The translations under genes were made by a program, and so were the position numbers. The notes under the pieces are model-generated. The model ran no database searches and had not been told where the DNA came from. It saw only the letters and a program-made list of their open reading frames with translations. Positions 1 to 8,028 of a stretch of 20,597 nt of DNA are shown here, piece by piece. How positions within the stretch are numbered: the first letter of the stretch is position 1; each line of letters opens with the position of its first letter. The DNA comes from Bdellovibrionales bacterium (GTDB lineage: Bacteria; Bdellovibrionota; Bdellovibrionia; Bdellovibrionales; Bdellovibrionaceae), in the NCBI GenBank assembly GCA_031370005.1, contig JANMPT010000098.1, positions 1 through 20,597 on the forward strand. The letters are read 5' to 3'.

Positions 1-93
1 GTATCTTTTTGATGCAATCCGCGTTACTACGCCGATTACTCTGTCCAGTCCTTCGGCTATTCTCTTAAAGTTGAGCTGCTCACCGTCTTTCAA
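1..93 (-). CDS. Possible 5' part of a hypothetical protein running off the left edge (MKDGEQLNFKRIAEGLDRVIGVVTRIASKRY...)
   Basis: TTG at 93-91 with GGAG (104-101) 7 nt upstream; the frame is open for 31 codons to the window edge. Too short to identify. Confidence 0.35.
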   Translation of the reverse strand, partial: MKDGEQLNFKRIAEGLDRVIGVVTRIASKRY

Positions 94-206
94 AATGCGT
101 CTCCGCTAGTGACTTTTCGGCTATAAACTACGAAACTTTAGACCTTCGTCGAGATTTATTAATGTATCTTTTTGAGATCACATATTACAAAGCCGCCGAT
201 TCAGGC

Positions 207-259
207 CTCCCTACGCGCAGCCCACGGCGCTTCCACAGTTTGGGCAACGATAACATCCG
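207..259. repeat. Direct repeat copy 1: displaced duplicate of the nrdJ 3' end (att-like site)
   Basis: 207-259 matches 929-981 at 51/53 nt (mismatches 228/950 and 235/957). On the minus strand it encodes [15 protein letters not shown] versus Nrd[16 protein letters not shown]. Confidence 0.95.
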
Positions 260-357
260 TAAGTGATCGCGCCATAGGGTGTTCGATTCGTCACGACCAA
301 CATAACCACTTGTAACTATTGGATTAAGTCTCAATCTCACCATTTTTCGCACAATAA

Positions 358-386
358 TTGACAATATGTGTGGTTTTTGATACATT
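358..386 (+). promoter_or_regulatory. Sigma70-type promoter of the HTH gene
   Basis: TTGACA (358-363), 17-nt spacer, TACATT (381-386) with extended -10 TG (378-379). RBS GGAGG at 398-402 precedes ATG 408. Confidence 0.75.
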
Positions 387-407
387 TTGCCTTAGACGGA
401 GGCCCTT

Positions 408-809
408 ATGATTGGGACGGCTATAGATAAAACATTAGAGACCATGAAGCTGTCCAACCGAGGACTGGCAAGACTGATCAAGGTTGATGTTCATACGATC
501 ACTGACAACAGAGAAAAAGAATGGACAGATCTCACCCCAAATACTTATAAAAAATTGGGAGCGATTTGCCACTTGATCATCCAAGATTTTAATTTGTACA
601 GAGCTTCGGTCATCATCGAGATTCTTAACCAACACGTCTTCAAGGATGTGGACAATAAAAAGTATTCTGTGCTGACAGCACTCAATAGCGATAAATTTGA
701 TCTCGAAGCTGTTGTTGAAATTGGTAAGATGGCGCAGAAATTCTACGTTGAAAAATCTTTAAAATCGGCTCCATCTGTGCCACCATTGCCGGATGCCATT
801 CCAGCCTGA
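408..809 (+). CDS. Xre-like HTH protein, probable antitoxin or transcriptional regulator (133 aa)
   Basis: Strong promoter and RBS; N-terminal HTH-like segment LSNRGLARLIKVDVHTIT; overlaps the next ORF by 17 nt as in type II TA operons. Family assignment is by pattern only. Confidence 0.6.
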   Translation: MIGTAIDKTLETMKLSNRGLARLIKVDVHTITDNREKEWTDLTPNTYKKLGAICHLIIQDFNLYRASVIIEILNQHVFKDVDNKKYSVLTALNSDKFDLEAVVEIGKMAQKFYVEKSLKSAPSVPPLPDAIPA

Positions 810-975
810 ATATTCCCAATCTTTTAAAGCAGAGTTAGTCCGTCTCGACGGCGGGAACGCGGCTGAAAAAAAGAGAGCGCAGACTGTTAGATCGAAGCAA
901 CGCTTGGCAATAAGTCGCCTCAAATTCGCTCCCTACGCGCAGCCCACGGTGCTTCCGCAGTTTGGGCAACGATAA
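793..975 (+). pseudogene. Probably truncated toxin-like ORF (N-terminus resembles RelE/ParE-fold starts)
   Basis: ATG overlaps the end of the HTH gene. MPFQPEYSQSFKAELVRLD...KKRAQTVR looks like a strand-helix toxin start. The frame then runs into the antisense of nrdJ (repeat copy 2) and stops at 60 aa. Confidence 0.45.
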
Positions 976-981
976 CATCCG
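929..981. repeat. Direct repeat copy 2: last 15 codons, stop codon and 4 downstream nt of nrdJ
   Basis: Same 53-bp sequence as 207-259, offset by 722 bp. Confidence 0.95.
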
Positions 982-3215
982 CTGGTTAGCACGGTGTCGT
1001 TACCGCACTCGGGGCACTTCATTGTCCAATGCGCTTTTTCTTCTAATTTTTTAAGATTCAAGGGCTGACTGACCTTGCTGCCATCACGGTAGATGGCAAC
1101 GGCCTTTAGGCCTAACTTCCAGGATTGAAGATAAATTTCACTGATGTCTTTTTCAGTTGCGGTGCTTGGCATATTTACTGTCTTCGAAATCGCACCACTG
1201 ACAAAAGGCTGAACCGCCGCCATCATCATGATATGGCTCTCTGGTGACAGAGATCGTTGATCAACTTGAGCTGTGGCACAATCAAAAATTGGCAGATGCT
1301 CTGATTTCAGGTGAGGAGCCCCCTCAATACTGCGATGCTCTTTGAGATAGGCAAGAATGCTTTCTACTTCCTTCTCAGAGTATTTTAGCACCCGCAGAGC
1401 CACCGGCACTGATTGATTGACGATCTCCATCTCGCCACCGCCGACAAGTTTTTTATATTTTATGAGCGAAAAATCCGGCTCAATTCCCGTGGTATCGCAA
1501 TCCATCAAAAGACCAATGGTTCCGGTTGGCGCAATCACGGTCGCTTGAGCATTGCGGAATCCATGTTTTGCTCCCATAGCCAACACATCTTGCCAAAGCT
1601 CTTCACAGGTTTGCTTGAAGTCCTCCGGCAAAAGTGGCCATGGAATCTTGTCCAAAGCTTTGGCATGTTTGCCAATCACCTTCAGCATGGTTTTTTTATT
1701 TTTAGTGAAGCCCTTAAATGGACCGCGAGTCTCTGCCATTTGCGAACTCGTCAAGTAGGCAATTCCATGCATCAGGCTTGCAATCGCACCAGCCCATGCT
1801 CGCCCCGCTTTACTATTGTATGGAAGGCCTTTTCTCATCAAAAAACTTCCCAAATTGGCAAAGCCCAAGCCCAGCGGGCGGTATTTATGACTATTCTCCG
1901 CGATTTTTACTGTGGGATAGCTTGAATAATCCACTAGAATTTCTTGAGCCACAAACATGATGCGGGCCACATGCATAAAACTTACCAAATCAAAGTCCCC
2001 TTCTGGAGTCATAAATTTGGTCAAGTTAATTGAAGCTAAGTTACAAGCGCTGTCATCGAGGAACATATACTCGGAGCAGGGGTTGCTCGCACGAATTTCG
2101 CCGTCTGCTGGACAAGTATGCCACTCGTTGATGGTATCATGATATTGCACGCCCGGATCCGCGCACATCCATGCCGAATGTACGATGTGATCCCAGACTT
2201 CTTTCGATGGCAAAGTCCTTAGAGTCTTACCATTAACTCGTGCCTTCAACTTCCAGTCTTTGTTATCTAAAAGACCTTTCATAAAAACATTCGGCACTCG
2301 TACCGAGTTATTGGCATTCTGCCCTGCCACCGTACGATAGGCTTCGCCTTCGAAGTCTGCTTCGTAGCCAGCAGCAATAAGGGCGTGGGCCTTCTGTTCT
2401 TCCTTCATTTTCCAATCAATAAAATCTAAAATTTCAGGATGATCCAGATCCACGCAAACCATTTTTGCGGCTCTGCGCGTGGTGCCTCCGGATTTAATTG
2501 CCCCGGCTCCACGATCAAGGACCTCTAGAAAAGGAATAAGTCCAGAGCTGACCCCGCCGCCACTAAGGAGCGGCTCGTACTTACTACGCAAACGCGAAAA
2601 ATTTGTTCCCGATCCAGAGCCATATTTGAAAAGTTTTGCCTCCGTCTTTGCCAAATCAAAAATACTCTCAAGAGAATCTTCAACACCTTGAATAAAGCAG
2701 GCCGAACACTGAGGTCTTTCGTAGGCGTTGTTAATTTTGCGAATAGATCTGGATTTTTCATCCCAAGCAAAGTGCTCGCTTTTAGAGACGATGCCATAGC
2801 TATTCAGCCCCACGTTAAACCACACCGGACTATTGAAGGCCGCCCGCTGTGAGTACAAAATATACTTTAGCTCTTTTGTAAAAACCTCAGCTTGTTGCTT
2901 ATTGGCAAAGATCCCTCCCTGATGGATTCCGGCTTTAACGATGGCTTCAGTAACTCTATGAACCATTTGTTTCACGGAGTCTTCGCCCTTAAATGTGTCT
3001 GTTTTTTTTCGGAAGTATTTACTTGCAGCGATGTCCACAGCAAGCTGAGACCAAGTCTCCGGAGCCTCTACCTTTTTCATTTTAAAAAAAACACCACCGC
3101 TGCGGTCTTTGATTAAACAATCCCGACGACTCCATCGGAACATCGCTTCCGTATCTTTTATACCCGAAGTAAAATACTCCGCAAAAACCATGCTCTGTAT
3201 TTTATTTTTTGCCAT
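933..3215 (-). CDS. nrdJ: Vitamin B12-dependent (class II) ribonucleotide reductase, 760 aa
   Basis: Motifs [36 protein letters not shown] (thiyl Cys), [17 protein letters not shown] and GAISKTVN; C-terminal CPEC...CPNC zinc ribbon. Confidence 0.96.
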   Translation of the reverse strand: MAKNKIQSMVFAEYFTSGIKDTEAMFRWSRRDCLIKDRSGGVFFKMKKVEAPETWSQLAVDIAASKYFRKKTDTFKGEDSVKQMVHRVTEAIVKAGIHQGGIFANKQQAEVFTKELKYILYSQRAAFNSPVWFNVGLNSYGIVSKSEHFAWDEKSRSIRKINNAYERPQCSACFIQGVEDSLESIFDLAKTEAKLFKYGSGSGTNFSRLRSKYEPLLSGGGVSSGLIPFLEVLDRGAGAIKSGGTTRRAAKMVCVDLDHPEILDFIDWKMKEEQKAHALIAAGYEADFEGEAYRTVAGQNANNSVRVPNVFMKGLLDNKDWKLKARVNGKTLRTLPSKEVWDHIVHSAWMCADPGVQYHDTINEWHTCPADGEIRASNPCSEYMFLDDSACNLASINLTKFMTPEGDFDLVSFMHVARIMFVAQEILVDYSSYPTVKIAENSHKYRPLGLGFANLGSFLMRKGLPYNSKAGRAWAGAIASLMHGIAYLTSSQMAETRGPFKGFTKNKKTMLKVIGKHAKALDKIPWPLLPEDFKQTCEELWQDVLAMGAKHGFRNAQATVIAPTGTIGLLMDCDTTGIEPDFSLIKYKKLVGGGEMEIVNQSVPVALRVLKYSEKEVESILAYLKEHRSIEGAPHLKSEHLPIFDCATAQVDQRSLSPESHIMMMAAVQPFVSGAISKTVNMPSTATEKDISEIYLQSWKLGLKAVAIYRDGSKVSQPLNLKKLEEKAHWTMKCPECGNDTVLTSGCYRCPNCGSTVGCA

Positions 3216-3270
3216 GACTCATTCTAGATAGAGCTTCCCTCTCAGGGCAAGCAGGGTTAACATCGGAGAG

Positions 3271-4428
3271 ATGTCGAACCCAGCCAAACCCATTTATTTG
3301 GATTACAACTCTACCACTCCTGTGGACCCTTATGTTTTTGCTGCCATGGAGCCTTACTTTAAGACTCACTTCGGCAATCCATCGAGCTTTGCTCATCAAT
3401 GGGGTTGGGCAGCACAAAAAGCTGTCGACAAAGCTCGCGAACAAGTCGCATCACTGATCGCAGCGCGACCTTCAGAGATCACATTCACCTCCGGAGCCAC
3501 TGAAAGTAATAACTGGGTGATCTTTGCTTTAATCGAAAAATTCCGCGCCGAAAACCCAAAGGAGCCCATTCACTTCCTAGCAAGCCATATCGAACATAGC
3601 TCAGTGATGAATGCGCTAAAGGAAGCGCAGCGCCGGGGTGTAGAGGTTGATTTTGTAAAAACCAATAAGTACGGCCAAGTTGAATTTGAGACCGTGGCTA
3701 AAGCCCTTAAACCCCATACAAAACTTATGAGTTTTATTTGGGTGAATAATGAAATTGGTACGATCAATCGCCTGAAGGAACTCACTCAACTTGCTAAAGA
3801 AAAACAAATCTATATTCATAGCGACGCCACACAAGCCCTCGGCAAAATCCCAGTTGATATTCGCGACACTCCCTTGGATTTTCTCTCGGCATCGGCTCAT
3901 AAATTTTATGGTCCAAAGGGCGCGGGAATTTTATATATTCGAGGAGCACATCCGAAAGTGACTCTGCCACCTTTTATTTTTGGCGGGGGACAGGAGCTGG
4001 GACATCGCTCCGGCACTCACAATGTCCCAGCCATTGTCGGACTTGGCGCTGCGGCAGAACTCTGCCAAAAACTTATGCCTGAAGAAATGACTCGAACCAC
4101 GGAGTTAAGAAATTATCTTTGGTCCGGAATTCAAAAAAATAATCCTGAAGCTTGGCTCAATGGTCACCCCACCGAGCGTTCGCCAATTAATCTCAACCTT
4201 ACTTTTCCGAAAAAAAATATAGAATTACTATTGCCAAAACTTGGTCGCCTGGGATTCAGCCAAGGCTCGGCCTGCCATACCGGAAGCCTCGAAGTCAGTC
4301 CGATTTTAACGGCAATTGGCCTATCCCCAGAAGAAGCTCGAGGCACTCTCCGCCTAAGCCTTGGGCGTTGGACAAGCAAAGAAGATTTAGATATTGCCAT
4401 GGCAAGTATTGCTGAGGCTATGAATTAA
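3271..4428 (+). CDS. iscS: Cysteine desulfurase, IscS/NifS family (385 aa)
   Basis: IYLDYNSTTP, FTSGATESNN, HSDATQ, PLP-lysine motif SAHKFYGPKG, RSGT and catalytic-Cys loop SQGSACH. Confidence 0.93.
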   Translation: MSNPAKPIYLDYNSTTPVDPYVFAAMEPYFKTHFGNPSSFAHQWGWAAQKAVDKAREQVASLIAARPSEITFTSGATESNNWVIFALIEKFRAENPKEPIHFLASHIEHSSVMNALKEAQRRGVEVDFVKTNKYGQVEFETVAKALKPHTKLMSFIWVNNEIGTINRLKELTQLAKEKQIYIHSDATQALGKIPVDIRDTPLDFLSASAHKFYGPKGAGILYIRGAHPKVTLPPFIFGGGQELGHRSGTHNVPAIVGLGAAAELCQKLMPEEMTRTTELRNYLWSGIQKNNPEAWLNGHPTERSPINLNLTFPKKNIELLLPKLGRLGFSQGSACHTGSLEVSPILTAIGLSPEEARGTLRLSLGRWTSKEDLDIAMASIAEAMN

Positions 4429-4477
4429 CCAAATAATTTCAAATGCTTACGAAATTGCACCAATTCATACTACAGGC

Positions 4478-4506
4478 TTCTACTCATGAAACGCCTGTGG
4501 TATGAT
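4478..4506 (+). promoter_or_regulatory. Putative sigma70 promoter for iscA
   Basis: TTCTAC (4478-4483), 17-nt spacer, TATGAT (4501-4506) with extended -10 TG. RBS TAAGGAG precedes GTG 4533. Confidence 0.5.
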
Positions 4507-4532
4507 GAGGTACTTGCGTAAGGAGAATTTCC

Positions 4533-4859
4533 GTGATTACGATCTCAGAAACTGCTGCTAAAAAACTAGCCGTTCTTAAAGCTGAAGAGGGCCAAATCGA
4601 CGCCGCCTTCCTTCGGGTTGAGGTTAAAAAAGGCGGATGTTCTGGCTTGTCTTATAAAATGAATTTCGACACCATGGCTCGCGAGGGTGATAAGGTCTTT
4701 GAAACCAATGGTCAAAAAGTCGTGGTTGATCCTCAAAGTATTCTTTATATTCTAGGAATGACCCTGGAGTTTTCTGGCGGCTTGAATGGCAAGGGTTTTG
4801 TCTTCAATAATCCGAATGCTAGTAAAAACTGTGGTTGTGGCTCCTCATTCAATGTTTAA
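4533..4859 (+). CDS. iscA: A-type Fe-S cluster carrier (IscA/HesB family), 108 aa
   Basis: GGCSGLSY and C-terminal NPNASKNCGCGSSF motifs. Confidence 0.93.
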   Translation: MITISETAAKKLAVLKAEEGQIDAAFLRVEVKKGGCSGLSYKMNFDTMAREGDKVFETNGQKVVVDPQSILYILGMTLEFSGGLNGKGFVFNNPNASKNCGCGSSFNV

Positions 4860-4874
4860 TTTTTTAAAGTCAAT

Positions 4875-5690
4875 TTAAGCCGCTTTTTGGGCTGCTATAG
4901 AAAGATATTCATGAATGACTTTAGAGATGGTCTCCGGGCGCGACTTTATGGCCAAATGACCAGCTCCCGTAAGTTCAACCACCTTTTCTGCACGAAGCTC
5001 ACTGGTGAATTTCAGATAGGCCTCTTTTGAAAACAATAAATCTTCGCGATCAAAAATCATCAAGCATGGAAAGTTTGTCACCGACAACTTGTCTTTCCAC
5101 CAGCTCCAATCTTCACGACGGAGCATCCAAGCAAAGTTGTAAATTAAATGTGATACAAACAATAATCGACGCCCTTTAAGCGTGTCCAAACGCCCCACTC
5201 CACCACTACGTTCATCACGAAAAATCGCGGCTGCTCGTTTCAAAAATGCTTTGCCTATCGGAGTCGATAGCAAAACGTAAATCGAGCGCGAATTCATCGG
5301 TATCACAAAAAAGTACCGAAGTTCCGGTAACGAGAACAATGGAATAGGATCTGGAATCAGCGGATTGATCAGAATCATTTTCTCTATTAACTCTGGATGT
5401 TGCCGAGATAAGGCCCAAGCCAAGGCACCACCAAAACTTAAGCCCGCAATACTGATCTTTTCGCCTGGGAAATTTATTTTAATAAAATGTGCGATTGTTT
5501 CCACTTGAACTGTAAAAAAGATTCTGTCCGTACTCATAAACAAATGTGAAAGATTCGGCACCACCACACGGTAGTTTTTCGAAAGTTCACTCGCGCAAGG
5601 TTCCCAATGATGAACACTTCCACCGAAACCATGAAGCAGAATCAAGATCGGACCTTGTCCGCGCTCGCGAAATGTAATCTTATGAGCCAT
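4875..5690 (-). CDS. Alpha/beta fold hydrolase, 271 aa
   Basis: LLHGFGGS oxyanion motif, GLSFGG nucleophile elbow, DRED acid region and GAGH catalytic His. Confidence 0.88.
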   Translation of the reverse strand: MAHKITFRERGQGPILILLHGFGGSVHHWEPCASELSKNYRVVVPNLSHLFMSTDRIFFTVQVETIAHFIKINFPGEKISIAGLSFGGALAWALSRQHPELIEKMILINPLIPDPIPLFSLPELRYFFVIPMNSRSIYVLLSTPIGKAFLKRAAAIFRDERSGGVGRLDTLKGRRLLFVSHLIYNFAWMLRREDWSWWKDKLSVTNFPCLMIFDREDLLFSKEAYLKFTSELRAEKVVELTGAGHLAIKSRPETISKVIHEYLSIAAQKAA

Positions 5691-5736
5691 GCCTTCTTTT
5701 CGGTTGCAAATAAGGACATTTTAACTCGACTTTAAG

Positions 5737-6288
5737 CTAGAAGCTGCCGCCCCCGGAAAGAACTATAAAATACTGAGTCTCATCCTTAGGAAGTCCTATA
5801 CCCATTAAATCTTCGCGAGTTTTAAAATAGGACAAATACTTCGCTCCGCCGCCCAGACTAATCCCACCGAGCTTCAAGATGATCCCCGCCTCGGCTGTTG
5901 CTGCGTTATTATCTGCGGATGCAAACCGAAGACCTGGCCCTGCGAAGGCCTGAAATCCCAAACTTTTATCCTCAGTACTCGCATCAAAAATGGCCAAAAC
6001 TGCGGAGTCCAAACCGCTCACACCCTGAATATTGGAACCAAAGCGAGTGAAAATCCCATTCTTCCAGTTCAACCAATCCGTAAGATACCAATTTAAATTT
6101 AATTTTAATTCAGAATAGGTATTGCTGTTTTCGATCCCCCTTGAAGCACTGATATCATAGATAAATGTCGGGTGAGTATCTGGAAATTTTCGTATGTTTG
6201 GCTCTGTTCGACACCAAGCCAAGTTTGCCCAAAAAAATAAAAATGAAAAACTCATCCTTAAAAAAATATTTGTCATGGCAGACCTCAT
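5737..6288 (-). CDS. Hypothetical exported protein, likely small outer-membrane beta-barrel (183 aa; start uncertain)
   Basis: Hydrophobic signal-like N-terminus, alternating amphipathic strands (ELKLNLNWYL, FQAFAGPGLRF, ISLGGGAKYL) and terminal Phe. ATG abuts the ferredoxin stop. Confidence 0.65.
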   Translation of the reverse strand: MRSAMTNIFLRMSFSFLFFWANLAWCRTEPNIRKFPDTHPTFIYDISASRGIENSNTYSELKLNLNWYLTDWLNWKNGIFTRFGSNIQGVSGLDSAVLAIFDASTEDKSLGFQAFAGPGLRFASADNNAATAEAGIILKLGGISLGGGAKYLSYFKTREDLMGIGLPKDETQYFIVLSGGGSF

Positions 6289-6792
6289 TTAGTTTTTGGG
6301 TTGCGACTTTTGATTTCTTCCGCGGGGCCTTCCCTGTCGGTGCTTTTGCTTCTGTTGAGGCGGACGCGACTCTTGCGGCGGCTGAGACGGAGCTCCCTCT
6401 TCAGGCTTTTCAGTTAACAAGATTGTATCTTGAACTGCCTGGGATTCTTTTTGTTTTTGACTTCGGAACCCGCGAACTTTTTTATTTTGATTCTCCTGCC
6501 GCTCAAGTTGCTCAGTAAGATCCACGGTCACATCGCCAAAACAGTGTATTTGGCAGGAAAGTCGGCGACTATCAATACGCCAGTTAGTACCAATGAGACC
6601 TAACTCAGCTTTGTTCGGCGGAAGCACATTGTTTTCACCTTCAACAACACGCACTCGACATTCCGCACAGCTGGGAACGCCTTTACAAATAGACTTGATC
6701 TCAATGTGATTTTCTGTCGCAATCTGCAACAGGCTTTTTTCCGGCGTCACATCAAATTCAACATTTTGCGGAATAAATTTAACTTTCATCAT
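6289..6792 (-). CDS. 2Fe-2S ferredoxin-domain protein with a basic low-complexity C-terminal tail (167 aa)
   Basis: C-x5-C-x2-C (CKGVPSCAEC) plus RLSCQ; Q/P/R/K-rich tail. Confidence 0.88.
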   Translation of the reverse strand: MMKVKFIPQNVEFDVTPEKSLLQIATENHIEIKSICKGVPSCAECRVRVVEGENNVLPPNKAELGLIGTNWRIDSRRLSCQIHCFGDVTVDLTEQLERQENQNKKVRGFRSQKQKESQAVQDTILLTEKPEEGAPSQPPQESRPPQQKQKHRQGRPRGRNQKSQPKN

Positions 6793-6801
6793 GCCACCAC
6801 A

Positions 6802-8025
6802 TTACTTAATTATGATTTTCACAAATTTCTTTTTGCCGGCCTTTAATACAAACTGTTCTCCGCTTTTAAGATCCCATTTAGCCTTTGAATCCGACAGCTT
6901 CTCACCATCCCTTTGGACACCGCCACCTGTGATTAAACGCCCAGCTTCACTATTGCTAGAGGCAAGACCTGCTTTAACCATTAGAGCACAGACTCCGAAT
7001 TGATTTTCGGCAAAAACTTCAAACACTGGAACTTCGTCTGGAAGCCCTTTTTCTACAAAAATACGATTGAATTCGTCTTCAGCGTGCTGAGCGGCTGCTT
7101 CCGAGTGAAAACGCCTGATCAAGAACTTTGCTAAAGTCACCTTCACATCACGAGGATGCTTACGCCCCTCTTTCACATCCATTTGCAGCTGCGACAACGC
7201 AGAAGCCGTAATATCAGTCAAAAGCTCATACCAACGATACATAAGCTCATCTGAAACTCGCATTGTTTTACCGAACATGTCTTTGGGCGTATCCACTACA
7301 GAAATATAATTATCCAGACTCTTAGACATCTTGTTCACACCATCCAAACCCTCAAGGATTGGCATAGTAAGAACGCACTGTGGCTCCTGTCCATAAGCGC
7401 TTTGTAAATCCCGGCCCACGAGTAAATTAAATTTCTGATCAGTCCCGCCCATCTCGACATCGGACTTCAGCATCACGGAATCATAACCTTGCGTCAGCGG
7501 ATACAAAAGCTCATGAAGTGAAATCGGGCTTCCTGATTTAAAACGATTCGTAAAATCATCACGCTCCATCATCCTTGCGACGGTGTAGCGCGAGGCCAAA
7601 CTTATCACTTCAGAAAATTGCATTTTCTCACACCAATGAGAGTTAAATACGATTTCAGTTTTCTCTGGGTCAAGAATTTTAAAGATCTGAACTTTGTAAC
7701 TGCGAGCATTCTCTTCGATCTCTTCGCGAGTCAATATCGGCCGTGTCGTATTTTTCCCGGAGGGATCGCCAATCATTGCTGTAAAATCCCCGATCAAAAA
7801 TTGTACATGATGACCCAGGTCCTGAAAAAGCTTCAGTTTATTAATCACCACAGTATGGCCCAAATGAATATCTGGACGTGTAGGATCTGCCCCGAGTTTA
7901 ATTTTTAGTGGCTGATTCTTCGCTTTACTGCGCGTAAGTTTTTTCAACATATCGTCATCGCTGATAAGTTCCGCGACGCCGAATTTAATTCTCTCAAGCT
8001 GTTCGCGAGGATCCATGAACGACAT
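6802..8025 (-). CDS. tyrS: Tyrosine--tRNA ligase, 407 aa
   Basis: [13 protein letters not shown] (HIGH motif), [22 protein letters not shown] and a C-terminal S4-like domain ending AGKKKF. Confidence 0.97.
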   Translation of the reverse strand: MSFMDPREQLERIKFGVAELISDDDMLKKLTRSKAKNQPLKIKLGADPTRPDIHLGHTVVINKLKLFQDLGHHVQFLIGDFTAMIGDPSGKNTTRPILTREEIEENARSYKVQIFKILDPEKTEIVFNSHWCEKMQFSEVISLASRYTVARMMERDDFTNRFKSGSPISLHELLYPLTQGYDSVMLKSDVEMGGTDQKFNLLVGRDLQSAYGQEPQCVLTMPILEGLDGVNKMSKSLDNYISVVDTPKDMFGKTMRVSDELMYRWYELLTDITASALSQLQMDVKEGRKHPRDVKVTLAKFLIRRFHSEAAAQHAEDEFNRIFVEKGLPDEVPVFEVFAENQFGVCALMVKAGLASSNSEAGRLITGGGVQRDGEKLSDSKAKWDLKSGEQFVLKAGKKKFVKIIIK

Positions 8026-8028
8026 CGA

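Larger units (their letters stand above)
207..981. mobile_element. Small integrase-less genomic islet or remnant of an element integrated into the nrdJ 3' end
   Basis: Flanked by a duplication of the target gene 3' end (attL/attR-type arrangement). Cargo is an HTH gene with its own promoter and a truncated partner ORF. No recombinase lies between the repeats. Confidence 0.6.

Noticed and set aside
1..175. 12-bp repeat GTATCTTTTTGA (1-12 and 164-175) and TTCGGCTAT (52-60 and 116-124)
   Set aside because: Short, only two copies each, with different spacings; not a CRISPR or iteron array as far as visible.
185..385. 66-aa minus-strand ORF
   Set aside because: Spans the promoter and the att-like repeat out of frame with the NrdJ tail; no RBS; likely spurious.
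886..905. Integron attC-like GTTRRRY (GTTAGAT) near the truncation point of the toxin-like ORF
   Set aside because: No matching RYYYAAC/L-box hairpin and no integron integrase; a 7-mer match is expected by chance.
759..923. 54-codon minus-strand ORF (MRRLIAKRCF...) with GGAG right after the nrdJ stop
   Set aside because: Antisense to the HTH/toxin-like pair with no recognisable features; at most a remnant gene start.
207..981. Diversity-generating retroelement (TR/VR pair at a gene 3' end)
   Set aside because: Only two mismatches, not adenine-specific on one strand of one copy (C/T and A/G on the coding strand); the repeat is short and no reverse transcriptase is in the window.
3216..3270. 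Cobalamin riboswitch upstream of nrdJ
   Set aside because: The 55-bp intergenic region is far too short and has no B12-box.
8026..8028. T-box leader for tyrS
   Set aside because: tyrS starts 3 nt after the rny stop, leaving no room for a leader.
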